Made by a program: the position numbers and the translations under genes
Source of the DNA: Mobula birostris
Lineage: Eukaryota
Length of the DNA: 64,000 bases
Direction of reading: 5' to 3'
Assembly (NCBI RefSeq): GCF_030028105.1
Contig: NC_092388.1
Location: 40,802,581 to 40,866,580, forward strand
Notes under the pieces: model-generated
Database searches by the model: none
What the model saw: the letters and a program-made list of their open reading frames with translations, nothing else
Told to the model about the DNA's origin: nothing
In this document: positions 1-12,729 of the stretch, piece after piece
Position numbering within the stretch: the first letter of the stretch is position 1
Layout of the letters: every line of letters begins with the position of its first letter

Positions 1-159
1 TTGTGTCCCACTACTGCTGCTGGTGTTTTGGTGGTCTCTTGTGCAATGCTCTCTTTATTCATGATAAGATTCTGTTCTTAGGTCTGTAGCTGTCATTGAG
101 CCATCTTGCACCCCTGCTCTCGCAGGCTCTAGGGGGTATCTTCCTTTGTTGCCTTTTCT

Positions 160-1350
160 GTGCAAGTCCAAAAGGGCAGGGGAGGCTTTGGTCTGGCAGC
201 TAGTGGACCCACCTGGCACAAGGCCACAATTCCAGAGCAAAGGAAAATGACTGCCAAAGAAGTTTGGTGACAAGAATAGTCAGACAGAACTGCAAAGACA
301 GTTACCCTGGCTAAGCAGGAGCAATGGATGTGGTGGGAAAACATTGAGAGGAGGAAAATCAACTGGAAGGACGTATGGGAGATGGAAACAAACAGACTTG
401 GCTTTCTCATCAGAGCTACATATGATGTGCTGCCCTCACAAAAATAGCCTCCACCAGTGGTTTGCTGAGGACCCAACTTGTTCCCTGTGCCCGATTCTGG
501 CAACCCTCAAACATATCCTGGCAAGCTGCAAAACCAGCCTTATACAAGGCAGATACACATGGCATCACAAATAGGTCCTGAAGAGTGTGGCAGCGGTAAT
601 CAAGACCAAGAAGAGAGCAACCAACTCCTTGCCCCCTAGAACGACTAAAGCTCCGATACCAGCAACATTCGTCCGGGAGGGAGAGAAAGGATCACTAATC
701 TCTCTCCTAAGCTAGAAACAGGACAGATGAACATGGTCTGTGACTTGAAAATGCTGGTGGACATCAATAAACAACTCACCTTTCCACCCGAAATTGCTAC
801 CACCAACCTCAAGCCAAACTTGTTTTGCTGGTCCAATTCATTACAGATCGTCTACATCGTGGAATTCACAGTCGCATGGGAGGATTCACTGGCTGAAGCA
901 TATGAGCGCAAGAGGCTAAGCTATGCAGGTCTAGCAGCTGAAGCTCAGTGACAAGGTTGGAAACCGAAGTTTGTCCTGTGGAAGTGGGTGTCAGGGACTT
1001 ATAGCCATATCCACTATCAAATTGCCGAAGGAGCTGGGGATCCATGCTCAGACTGTATGGCAAACCATCAGAAGTAGTCACTGGCTTTGGATCAAGTGAA
1101 ATGACCTCTCCTGGGCTCCAAGATAGCATTGAGAAAGTGGGAAGACACAACGGGGGAGTGACTCTGGGGCACCAGAAGTCACCGTTGAGTCCTACAGAGA
1201 CGCCATGGGCTAATCAATGAAACATCAAGGAAGGAGGGTGCCCACTTGAAAACCTCCGCGTGTTGATCCTGTAACACTCTCAACATCTAGGCAGTCTCGA
1301 GCAAATGCTCATGATCCATTGGCATGAGGGATATTAACATCTTATCCTGT
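160..1350 (+). mobile_element. HERO-like (R2 superfamily, restriction-like endonuclease) non-LTR retrotransposon, degraded 3' portion
   Basis: Translated pieces read FLIRATYDVLPS, a CCHC knuckle CSLCPILATLKHILASC, GRYTWHH, FPPEIATTNLKPNL..IVEFTVAWEDSLAEAYERKRLSY (PD..E-type RLE) and PVEVG; stops and frameshifts are present. Confidence 0.75.
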
Positions 1351-1364
1351 GTTTTTTGGATTTT

Positions 1365-2727
1365 TTTAAGGATGAGGTTTCAGAGTACTTGGAAACAAAT
1401 GATAAAATAGGTCAAAATCAACATAGTTTCTGTAAAGGGAAATCTTGTTTGACAAATTTGTTAAGAGTTCTTTGAGGAAATAACCAGCAGGGTGGAGAAA
1501 GGAGAGGAAGTGGATGTCATTTACTTGGATTTTCAAAAGGAATTTGACAAGGTGCCATACATGAGGCTGCTTAATGAGATAAAATCCTATGGTGTTACAG
1601 AAAAGATACTGACGTGGATAGAGGAATGGCTGACAGACAGGAGGCAGTGAGAGGGAATAAAAGGGGCATTTTCTGGTTTGCTGCCAGTGACTAGTGGTGT
1701 TCCTCAGGGGTCAGGATTGGAACTGCTACTTTTCTCATTGTTTATCAATGATTTAGATAATGGAATTGATAGCTCTGTGGCAAAGTTTGCACATGATACG
1801 AAGATAGATGGAGGGGTAGGTAGTGCTGAGGAAGCAAAGCGATTGCAACAGGATTTAGACAAATTGGAAGAATGGGCAAAAAATTAGCAGTTGGAATACA
1901 GTGTTGGGAAATGTATGATAATACATTTTGGTAAAAGGTACAATAGTGCAGACTATTAACTAAATGGGGAAAAAAATTCAAACATCAGTGGCGCAGAGGA
2001 ACTTAGGAGTCCTCATGCAAGACTCCCAGAAGGCTAATTTACAGGTTGAGTCTGTGGTAAAGAAGGCAAATGCAATGTTGGCATTTATTTCAAAGGGAAT
2101 AGAATATAAAAGCAAGGGGATAATGTTGAGGCTTTATAAGACACCAATCAAGCAGCACTTAGAATATTGTCAACAGTTTTGGGCCCCATATCTCAGAAAA
2201 GATGTGCTGTCGTTAGGAAGAGTCTAAAGGAGATTCACGAGGATGATTCCAAGAATGAAAGGGTTAACATATGAGGAGCATTTGGTAGCTTTGGACCTGT
2301 ACTCACTGGATTTAAAAGAATGCGGCCGGTGGGCACGGGGGGGGGGGGGTGGAATCTCATTGAACCTACTGAATATTGAAGGAACTAAAGGATTAGATAA
2401 GGTGGTTGCGGAGAGGATGTTTCCTCTGGTGGGGATATCCAGAACTAGAGGGCACAGCCTCAAAACTGAGGGGCAACCTTTCAGAACAGCAGTAAGGAAG
2501 AATTTTTTTAGCTATAGAGTAGTGAATCTGTGGAATGCTCTGCCACAAGCTGTGGTGGAGGCCAAGCTCATGAGTATATTTAAGGCAAAAATTGATAGTT
2601 TCTTGATTAGTCAGGATGGTGAGAAGGCATGTGTATGGGATTGAGTGGAATCTGGGATCAGACATGATAGAATTGCAGAGCAGACTCGATGGGCTGAATG
2701 GCCTGATTCTGCTCCTAAGTCTCATGG
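1365..2727 (+). mobile_element. CR1 LINE, 5'-truncated RT/3' region, degraded
   Basis: SGVPQGSGL..FINDL..KFAHDTK and HLEYCQQFWAPYLRKD motifs; CR1-type 3' UTR. Confidence 0.9.
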
Positions 2728-3289
2728 CCTTTCACCATGACTGAAACATCTCTATTATAATTCATGATCTTTGAAAAGTTCAATTAGCTATTATCCTTCT
2801 TTGTGAAAAGAATAACACCAGCTTCTCAGATCTGTTACAATGTTATTTCTCATTTTCTGTACTATTCAAGTAAATTGCCCCTGATCCAAGGTTTTGCCAT
2901 TTTGTCTAAAACATTCAGACTTGGCGATGTCAAAAATGGCCAGTAGTGAAATAAAACCATTCCACTACTTCAGCAAGTTAGGAACTATGAAGAATTTGAA
3001 GGTATCGTCAATCACCTTGAATGTTACAATGAAAATGCATATTTGGAGTACTGTATGTATTGCATTGTATTGTATAAAGGCAGTCCATTATCTACACCAG
3101 GTGTTTGCGCATATTTTGTTCATTTACAGTCAATCAAAAGAACACGACAGCACATTGGTTCTCTGTTGTATCCAACGATGACAGTGAAACCTGTGGGGAA
3201 AATTTTTAAAGTGGAAAAGCCATTGCACTGGGTCAGTTCCACTCTCTCGACTTCATTAGTCCAGGTCTAGTAGTACAAGTAGTCATTAA

Positions 3290-3660
3290 AAACTGGGGTC
3301 TTCTTTGGTTGATTTCTTTGCCTTATCATGCCCTCTGCTCTCCCTGAAGCATTGCTGAACCACATCGCACTGTTGATCTCATTGCCCGGTTCCCTGGAGC
3401 TGACGTCATATGCTAGGACAGGCATATCCCTTTTTCACCGGGGTATGAGGCCTCCTGGCTACTCTTACCTGGTTTAGACCGCCTGTTGAAGCGGTGTACT
3501 GGGATCTGGCCGGTATCAAATGTAAACTGTTACTTGGAGCTACAGGTGAGAGCCGAGTGTCCAGTGGGTACCGAAGGTGAGTGAGCTGCCTCAGAATGGA
3601 CACAAGCCCATTCACCAGAGGTGCTAGGCCACTCTGGACACCCCATCCAAGGCAGTGGAT
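3290..3660 (-). mobile_element. Possible RTE-type LINE/SINE 5' fragment
   Basis: GC-richer block resembling RTE-clade 5' UTR sequence from memory; no protein motif. Confidence 0.3.
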
Positions 3661-4352
3661 ACCGGATGAATTCCTGTCGATAACTATTAGGAACTAATAG
3701 ACAGTTTATAGTATTGCAGTTGCATTGGTAGTGTTCTAACTTGTTCTGTATTTCATTTAAATACATAATTTATTCCTCAGTTAAAATAGTTTGTCTTTTT
3801 TTATAATAGCTTTTTAAACTACTTCCATGAAACTGATGTGTCCCAATTAACCAGAATTCATTGTATCCTCAAGGCATTTGGTAGACTGCTTTCAAACATT
3901 ATGGAAAAACTTGCAAAAATACGAGGGACAAGGTACTGGAAAAATGAATGGGATTAGAAACAGATTATCACAAGATCCCAATATCCTGCAGAAGACAGGA
4001 AAGTTTTTACAAAATTCAAAGAACTTTGGGAGAAATTTGGAAAACAGTAAACATAATTCTGTTTTTCAAAGGAAGGCAACAAAAGAAAGGGTACTATTTT
4101 GTCAAGATATTGTTGACATGATGCTGGAATCTATCACCAAGAAAGAAATATCCAGTGATTTAGAAAGAAATATCCAGTGATTTTGACAATTTTGCTAGAG
4201 CTCAAGGATTTTAATAAGCAGATTTGATATATAGGAAATTATATTCCTTTTAGTTTCATAGATACTCATTTGCCATCAGTCAAAAGCTTTCTTGAGGCCC
4301 ACACACAGCACATTATTTGTGTCTATGAAATGTGTAAAATTCCCCTGATGCT

Positions 4353-4970
4353 TAGAAACATAGAAAATTTACAGCACAATACAAGCCCTTCAGCCCACAA
4401 AGCTGTGCAGAACATGTCCATGCCTTAGAAATTACCTAGGGTTACCCATAGCCCTCTATTTTTCTAAGCTCCATATACCTGTACAGGAATCTCTTAAAAG
4501 ACCCTATCATATCCGCCTCCACCACCGTCGCCAGCAGCCTATTCCACGCACTCACCACTCTCTGCGTAAAAAACCTACCCCTGACATCTCCTCTGTACCT
4601 ACTTCCAAGCACCTTAGGACCGTGCCCTCTCGTGCTAGCCATTCCAGCCCTGGGAAAAAGCCTCTGACTATCCACATGATCAATGCCTCTCATCATCCTA
4701 TACACCTCTATCAGGTCACCTCTCATCCTCCGTCCTCAAGGAAAAAAGGCTGAGTTCTCTCAACCTATTCTCATAAGGCATGCTCCCCAATCCAGGCAAC
4801 ATCCTTGTAAGTCTCCTCTGCATCCTTTCTATAGTTTCCACATCCTTCCTATAGCGAGGCGACCAAAACTGAGCACAGTACTCCAGGTGGACTCTGACCA
4901 AGGTCCTATATAGCTGCAACATTACCTCTCGACTCCTAAACTCAATCCCATGATTGATGAAGGCCAACCA
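4353..4970 (-). mobile_element. CR1 LINE 3' fragment
   Basis: ORFs LYRTLVRVHLEYCAQFWSP and RGDLIEVY..FFTQRVV; (TTTCTATG)-like tail at ~4353. Confidence 0.9.
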
Positions 4971-6369
4971 AGTTTGCTTTTCTAATCACGTGTAAAGAAA
5001 TTCTTGACTATTACTGGACAAAGGCTCCAATTAATAGTGACCACCTAACAATAATGTAAATCAAGTCAATTCTCAAGTGTAGCCAATGTCACAGCTTGTC
5101 ACTTGTGATACATGTCAAATTCTTGATCACTCAACAAATTGCCTGTAGCCACAAGCTCACAAGACAAAAATACTGGAGACATTTTGTTAAGTGATAATTA
5201 GTACCATTCACTAATCATGAATAAGTACAGTACTGTGCAAAAGTCTCAGACATATATTAGTGTCCTGCCTTTTCCCAGCAAATGTTGCCCACTTACTAAC
5301 CAAGAGCCTATCAACCAACGCTTTAAATATACCAAATGACTTGGCCTCCAGAGCTGACCGTGTTGAAAGATCCATTAATACTTATTAACACAGGAAACAG
5401 ATTAAAGCATCTATAACGCTGGAGTTCAAGTTTAAAATTACTACCTTTACAGAAATGGCTGAAGATTAAACCAAAGCTGACTAGGTGTAGTATATGAGAT
5501 TTGTAAAGCAATGAGTGATTGACTATCGGTCAGGTCAGGTGATAATTTAACTCTTTCTAAACTTGTAGCACGTGAGATCTGTGGGTCTGTTAGGGAGAAT
5601 GTCAAGTGGGATTCATAGCTGAATTTTTTTGAAATCCCGGTGTATTGGTTATCTGTAAACATTAATGTACTGTGTAAACCCAAGGAATGTTGTGTGTCAT
5701 AGGCATTGTGAGATTAAGGAATGAGATAAAAAGAAGTGACCATTAAAACATCTGTGTTGAGATGTGCTGATGAATATGTTGTTTGAATGAAAGAAACCAG
5801 ACTGTGTTAATGGGTAAGAACAAAGGATTTTTCTAACTTTTGATCACTCTGCACTTGTGAAACTTGATTCTGTTTAGACCTGTAACTTGGTAAGTGGCAC
5901 TGTACAGCTTATTATGGCTTGGGTAGAAATCACCATTTTATGGATCAGAAACTGGACCCCTGCATCAGTAAGGAAACTGTTCTATACACTTCTGAAATAT
6001 ATGTGGGTGATTCTGGTATTGCGGTGGCAGTGTGACTACCTCACGAGTTTCAGTGGTAAACATCAGGAGAACAGGGAATCCCACCTAACTAGCAGTTCCC
6101 AGAGGTAAAACGGAAAAGGACCTTGGACCAATGGTTAAGGGTCTGCAAGGACTGCCACAACAAAAGGTCCTGGTAACAACTGGGTGGAGTCTGTGGCAAA
6201 TGGAACAAGGTAAAGGCTTTTTGTTCCACTTCCTAGTACATTAGGAGCAGAGGCAGCCTTTAACAGGAAGTTGTAGGAGGGTTGTTGTTCAATGCTGGTG
6301 TGGAACCTTTATTCTTCAAGGCCCCATTGCAACTTTGGACCCTCCAGCCAAGCCGAATGGGTAAGATGC

Positions 6370-6663
6370 TCACAGCTGAGCTGCATAAAGTGACCATCAA
6401 CCCAAATGCTGTTCTGCCCCACAGGGCACAATACCCCCATTCCCTGGAATCAAACGTGGTATGCCCCTGGATAATTGCAAGCTATAAATCCAGATGTGAA
6501 CAATTTTCGTTATGTATTTTACAAAACCCAGGGAAATTTGGTGAAGATGGAGGATCTCATACACCACCCTCTGATGGACTGTTCATGCATTAACAGATGG
6601 ATTTTATAGAATTACCTCCATGTTAAGGATATAAATATATCTGGGTCATTATTGATTTTTTTA
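6370..6663 (+). pseudogene. ERV pol remnants (RT N-terminus joined by a deletion to the integrase N-terminus/core)
   Basis: VTINPNAVLPHRAQYP resembles the retroviral RT start; RCEQFSLCILQNPGK resembles the end of the IN zinc finger; 6594-6659 reads QMDFIELPPC*GYKYIWVIIDF (first catalytic D region of DDE integrase). Confidence 0.75.
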
Positions 6664-6669
6664 TATGAT

Positions 6670-7437
6670 CACAGAATCATAGAAATCTGCAGCATATAGT
6701 CATAGTCATACTTTATTGATCCCAGGGGAAATTGGTTTTCATTACAGTTGCACCATAAATAATTAAATAGTACTAAAACCATAAATAGTTAAATAGCAAT
6801 ATGTGAATTATGCCAGGAAATAAGTCCAGGACCAGCCTATTGGCTCAGGGTGTCTGACCCTTCAAGGGAGGAGTTGTAAAGTTTGATAGCCACAGGCAGG
6901 AATGACTTCCTATGACGCTCTGTGCTGCATCTTGGTGGAATGAGTCTCTGGCTGAATGTACTCCTGTACCCACCCAGTACATTATGTAGTGGATGGGAGA
7001 CATTGTCCAAGATGGCATGCAACTTGGACAGCATCCTCTTTTCAGACACCACCGTCACAGAGTCCAGTTCCATCCCCACAACATCACTGACCTTACGAAT
7101 GAGTTTCTTACAGGCCCTTACGCCAACAATGTTGTGCTGACCATGTTACCTACTCTAGAAACTGCCTAGAATTACCCTACTGCATAGCCCTCTATTTTTC
7201 TAAGCTCCATGTACCTATCTACGAGTCTCTTAAAAGATTGTACCTGCTTCTACCACTGTTGCTGGCAGTGCATTCCACACACCGATCACCTTCTGTGTAA
7301 AAAATCTACCTCTGACATCCCCCTTGTAACTACTTCCAAGCATCTTAAAAATATGCCCCCTCGTATTAGCCATCTCAGCCCTGGGAAAAAGCCCCTGGCT
7401 ATCCACACAATCAATGCCTTTCACCATCTTGTACACC
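6670..7437 (-). mobile_element. CR1 3' fragment inserted in the ERV, itself split by a Rex1 fragment
   Basis: ORF 7230-7439 (RGRFFTQKVIGVWNALP); CR1 tail at 6670-6695 resumes at ~7108. Confidence 0.8.
6697..7107 (-). mobile_element. Rex1/Babar LINE 3' fragment
   Basis: ORF 6837-7079 (ILDNVSHPLH..RHRKSFLPVAIKLYN); short tandem tail (atagtc)n on the + strand. Confidence 0.8.
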
Positions 7438-7439
7438 AT

Positions 7440-8400
7440 TTCTGCTGTGGGTGCTTCCCTTTAATTCCAGCAAATGGGGCTTGGAGTGTAGTTTGGGAAT
7501 GAGGAAAGCCACACTGAAAACTCTGAAGAGTTACAGGACAGACACCAATTGCCATTACAAGTGTTTTAACAGATGGTATGTTTCCCCCTTTAAGCACAAT
7601 TGTTGTAGCCAGATCCCGACATGAAACTGTCTGGCATAATAGCTGAAGGCGCTGATCAGGTTACACATCTGTGCAACTGGAAATGCCGGAGCCCCTGTTT
7701 GAGGAGCAGTATTAGTATATGTATGGACCTGACAAATCTCAGTCTTCCCTGTTCATTGAACAGCATTTACTGGATATGTGGCTACAGTGCCTATCCTGTC
7801 TGCCTGGCATGTCCCCTGACTATGAGGGGAAATGGAGAGAGCCATGAATCTGGAAGGATTGCTGTGATCTTACCCCCATAGTGCCCCATGTTTCACTTGG
7901 CATCACTACCTTACCACCCTCTGGTCTGACAGCACCATAACAGGGGCCAAAAAATACTGGATGATTGCCTTTCTGGGATATGAGACTGCTCGAATGTTCA
8001 GGAAACTGAGCATATGGCATCGGCTTCGGAGAAAATAGCCAATAAAACCGCCTATGCCTTTGATCAAACCCAACAAGGATTAACCAATTTGTCGGCAGAA
8101 CTGATGGCTGTTCGTGCAGTAGCATTACAGAGGACCATGGCTTTGGATTTATTCTATCAGAAAAAGGGATAGAATAAAATCCAAAGCCATGCTGTTCTGT
8201 GTTGCTGTATATAATTAAGATGACAAATCACATTCAAGAAGCTACCAACGAGATTAAGAAAGTGGGGGGTCAGTATCACAGCTATTACACTCCAGAAGTT
8301 GGATGGTGATCATTGAAGATGCCGGGAGGATGACGGGCAACTATTCTACACTATGTTATAACAATTGGCATTATAATAAATTTTGTGTGAAATAACCGGA
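7440..8400 (+). pseudogene. ERV env remnant (SU C-terminus and TM ectodomain)
   Basis: YWICGYSAY (SU motif); a fusion-peptide-like TITGAKKYWMIAFLGY; heptad plus immunosuppressive domain NKTAYAFDQTQQGLTNLSAELMAVRAVALQRTMALD (8041-8148); later hydrophobic ILHYVITIGIIINFV. Confidence 0.75.
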
Positions 8401-8560
8401 CAAAGGAGAGGATATTGAGGAAAGGAATGGGTACTTGTGGCAGTGGATGGATGAAAAGCAAATTTTGGATAAGGCCTTGAAACTGCATCACTGCTTTATA
8501 TACATATATTCATATTTCAATTACCATATTTAATGAAATGTAGTTTTGTCATGAAATGAC

Positions 8561-8979
8561 AAAAAGGAGGGAATGTGGAAAAGTTATTTAAGTTATTTAC
8601 TTGGAGTAGCAAAATGGCACTTTTGTCTGTAACAAAATGGAACCTGTATTGTAGCAGAGTGCTTTGCTAATAGTGTTTGTGCAACATTATGCCGATGGAC
8701 CTTGAGTATATGACAAACTATAGAAAGACAATCAGAAGCGTTACTGGAAGAATGCCAAATACACTGCAAATGGAATGCACCCCGACCTTGAACTGGTGCA
8801 CAGCAGCCAACACATGGGTATAAAGGAGTGACTATGCTGTCCGTTTTTTTCTCAAAGCTATCAGCAGCTCCTGTGGTGCTAGCTTTCCCTTGCTGCAAGT
8901 AAAATAAACGTGCTTATAATTGATCCACTCTGAGTTAGTTATTGTTTTGTTATAAGATATAATGAAAAGGTGCTCAACA
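8561..8979 (+). repeat. Polypurine tract plus 3' LTR of the ERV
   Basis: PPT AAAAAGGAGGGAA 8561-8573, TG start at 8574, TATAAA 8819-8824, AATAAA 8903-8908, CA end at 8979. Confidence 0.75.
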
Positions 8980-9085
8980 GAACTTGGAGATCCCTCTGAG
9001 GCCCATATCAGAATCAGGTTTATCATCACACACGTGCCATGATTTTTTTTTACAGTAGTACAGTGAATTACATAAAATGACTAGA

Positions 9086-9144
9086 ATACTGTGCAAATGT
9101 TTTAGGCTCCCTAGCTATATGTGCCTAAGACTTTTGCACAGTAT
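9086..9144. mobile_element. Tc1-type TIR-only mini hairpin
   Basis: atactgtgcaaatgtttaggc..gcctaagacttttgcacagtat inverted repeat; a single related TIR (cagtactgtgcaaaagtc) lies at ~5228. Confidence 0.6.
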
Positions 9145-12100
9145 TGTAAACAGTGCCACTCAAATCAGCAGGCAAGAAGGGGAGACAATCAAACCGCAGA
9201 ATTCTGTTTTGGAAGCTACCAATCTCATATTGATGAGAAGCCAGTATCAAATTCTATTGATCCAAAAATTGGGAAGTTTGAATTATTTTGAATTCATTTT
9301 ATAAGATCTGGGCATTCCTGGCATGGTCATCTTTTATTACCCACACCTAACTACCAATGATAAGGTAATAATGGGCTGCCTTCTTGAACTACTCTGGAAC
9401 TTCTGATGAAAGAACCACACTGACAGAGTTTGATTGGTTCCCTAGTGAGAAAGTCACAAACAAGAGGACAATTCCTTTAAACTAAAGTGCATTGACATTT
9501 AATCTCAGAGGCCATTGAATTTCTGGATTTTTTTTTACCCCCGAGGATGATGGAGGAAAGATTATTAGTTATACTTAAGGTCAAGAAAGATAACTATTTG
9601 AAAGATCAAGAAATTGAGACATAGGAAACACAGGGGTTGAGGCTAGCATAGATCATATTGAATAATTTGGCACACATGAAAGCCCTGGTGGCCTATTCCT
9701 GCTCTGATTTTCTTGTCTTCTAGGATTTACAATTATAATTATGATATTATAATTAAGCAATGCAAATTGATGGCAGTGCCTGTGACCTTTACCATACTTG
9801 GTTGTAGAGGTCAATGGCGGGAGGCGACATTGTTGTCATCCAGCTGTGTAGTTGATATATATTGTATCTATTTGGCTCTGTGCAGGGAATGAATATTTAA
9901 ATAACATGTTGCCAATCAAATGGGGTGCTTTGCCCTGGATAACATTAAGCTTCACTTGAGCTATGAATAGCAAACTCATCTAGGCAAATGGAGAGTATTC
10001 CATCTCTTGCATCTTGTCTATAATGGAAAGGATTTTTGGATATTAGGAGGCTTTTCCTTGTATACCTCAATCCACTGATGTGATGAATTGATTTGTATGG
10101 ATGGCATGCTAAATAACATTTATTCATTACACCTCCCATTTAGGAGGCAAGTTAATCATTGCAGGATACCCAGCCTCTGTACTTTTAGTCGCGGTATGTA
10201 AGACTGGTCCAGCTGAGCTTCCCATTAATGTGGGACTCAGTGACAGTAATGCTTGAATGTCAAGGATAAGTGCTAAGCCTCCCTTTTGTTTGGGAATATT
10301 CCATGCCTGATGTCTTTGTGGCATAAATGTTACCTATCACTTACAAGGACATATCTCAATATTGTGTACGTCTTGCTGCTTGCTGACATGACTATTTAAT
10401 TTGCTGAATTGCAAATTAACAGAACATTGTACAATCATAAAACATCCCCACATCTGATTTTACAATGGAAGGAACATCTTTGAAACAGCAGCTAAAGATT
10501 GTAATATCCAAGGCATTGCTCAAAAAAAGTCAGTGATGATGGATCTGGGTTGATTGATGTCCAGCAACTCCAGACATCTTTTCTTGTGCAAAATACAAGT
10601 TCAACCACTAGAGTGCATCTCCCATTTGGCACTCAGGGCTTCAATTTTACCAATGCTCCTTGATAATTAATCAAATGCTACAAAGTGATGAACAAAGTCA
10701 TCAATTGCGCCATCAAGTGACATACTAATCAATAACTTGGTCACTGATGACCCATTTAGGCTTATTTAGAATCAGTCCACTCCAGACCTCATAGACCAGA
10801 GAGCTGAATTCCAGAGTTGAGAATAACTGCCTTTGATATCACTACTGACGACTCCTTTCATTATTCCGCCAATGACTGAGAAGACCAATTTGACAAATAA
10901 TTAACCAGACTGGATCTGTCCTATGTTTTGTGAACAGGACATATCTGGGCAATTTTCCACATTGCAGGGCAGATTTCAGCACTGCATTAGTATTGAAAAA
11001 TGATGGAATGGCTTGATTACGTTGCTAATTTGAAGAGTAGTCTTCAGCACTTACAATGGGATGTTATTTGGTCTTACAGCCATTACTGTATCTATCAAAT
11101 TCACCCATTTTTTCCCAACAGAAGTTGATGTACATTAAACTTTAACTAAAAATTATTCTGACAAGTGAAGATTCAGAAAATAATCTCCATTTTAAAGTAC
11201 ATCTGAGTTAAGCTAATTATATTTACCTCATTAGTCATTATTAAACAAAAAGATTGTGCAGGTCAGAAAGCACCTGCACAAAGAGAAACAGACCAAATGC
11301 TTCTACTTAATGATGCTTCATTTCTAACTTTTCCCAGTACTGATTTAACAATTCATCAGGAAAGGGATAAGGAAAGGGAAAAGGAAGGGCTGCGATAAGA
11401 GTGCAGACCCGGAGAAATTGAATTACAATTAATGATAGCATCAGCTGAAAGTGAAAATAAACCCTAATGCATGGTATCTTGAACTAGAAAACTACAAATG
11501 CTAAATCCTTGTTCTGGAGGGTGTAGGATTAAACCCAGCAACTACAGGGCAATTTAACAGCAGTGGTAGGGCAAATTCTAGAGAATAATTAGAGAGAGAA
11601 ATAGCAGAAGATGGGAAATGTCAAGAATGACTACTTGATATCGCTGTATTTCACGACGATCCCTAGAGGCAGTAACACGTCATTCAGAAGATGTGGTGCT
11701 ATATTCTTCCAGCATACTTTGAGCTTTGTTGGAACAATGCAGCAGGTTAGAGAGACAGAAGTCAAAGGAGAAATGGGAATTACCTTACAGGGCAGTGAAA
11801 TCATCTTGGAATTGGCACCAACATAGTGAATAGGATTGCGTTACCCAATATTTACTATTCTACAAGATCAATTTTGGTCATAGCCTATCATTCTTTGGCC
11901 AAATTTCATCAGTACCCTCTTAACTAAAAAAAGTTTGAAAAATGATGTGCGATCCATTTCGGTTTATAGTACATTAAAGTGCACAATCTGACTCCCCCCT
12001 AATTATGTTAACTGAATTAACTGTACAGCAGCATCCCCTTTTTTCATTTCATTAAGGAAAATCAATAATTAGGGCAAACATGTTTCTACAACACTTCAAT

Positions 12101-12729
12101 AAACCCAACATCTCAGCTTTTCGGATTGCCATAATATTCCAATCTTGGAAGCATCTTTATAAATCTTGTATCTTTAAGTGCAATCATACCTTTCCTATAT
12201 TATATACCAAATTAAGCAAGCAGTACAGATTATCCCCAGGTTACACACACCTGACTTACTGACAATCCCTACATGCAAATGAGCTCCTATATTATTAAAC
12301 TCAAAAGTCCCAGCAATACCTTTTGCATGCAGAGTGAATTTTGGATCCAATTATCTACTCTCTTGGAAAAAAAGTCTTCCATTTACCTTTATAGCTGTTT
12401 TCAGTCCACTTCTACTGTATTACTTCAGACTTAGTTCAATTTAGAATTCACACGTTTAGCATATTTCAAAGAGCTTTAAAGATGTAATATGAAAATTGAA
12501 AAAGTCAAGCAAAGAAGATTAGGTTCATTAACAAAATCTCGGTCAAAGAAACTGTTATTGAAGAAAAAATACTTAAGCAAATATGGAAAAAATTACACAA
12601 GTAATTCTATCGAATAGACTTCTGACAACTTTAGAATCTGCCACTAACTAAAGGGAAAGCAGTAAAGCAAGCTGAATTTAAAGAAATTAAGTTTTCAAAG
12701 ATTGAGAGATTCATAAATGTGGGAGATGT

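Larger units (their letters stand above)
5650..8979 (+). mobile_element. Degraded endogenous retrovirus (class I, gamma/epsilon-like); left boundary uncertain, no 5' LTR recognised
   Basis: pol and env remnants in proviral order, followed by a PPT and a TG..CA LTR (see sub-features). Confidence 0.75.

Noticed and set aside
5809-5836. ATG GGT AAG AAC (MGKNK) as a possible gag start, and a PBS search upstream
   Set aside because: Immediate stop codon; no recognisable gag motifs, PBS or 5' LTR
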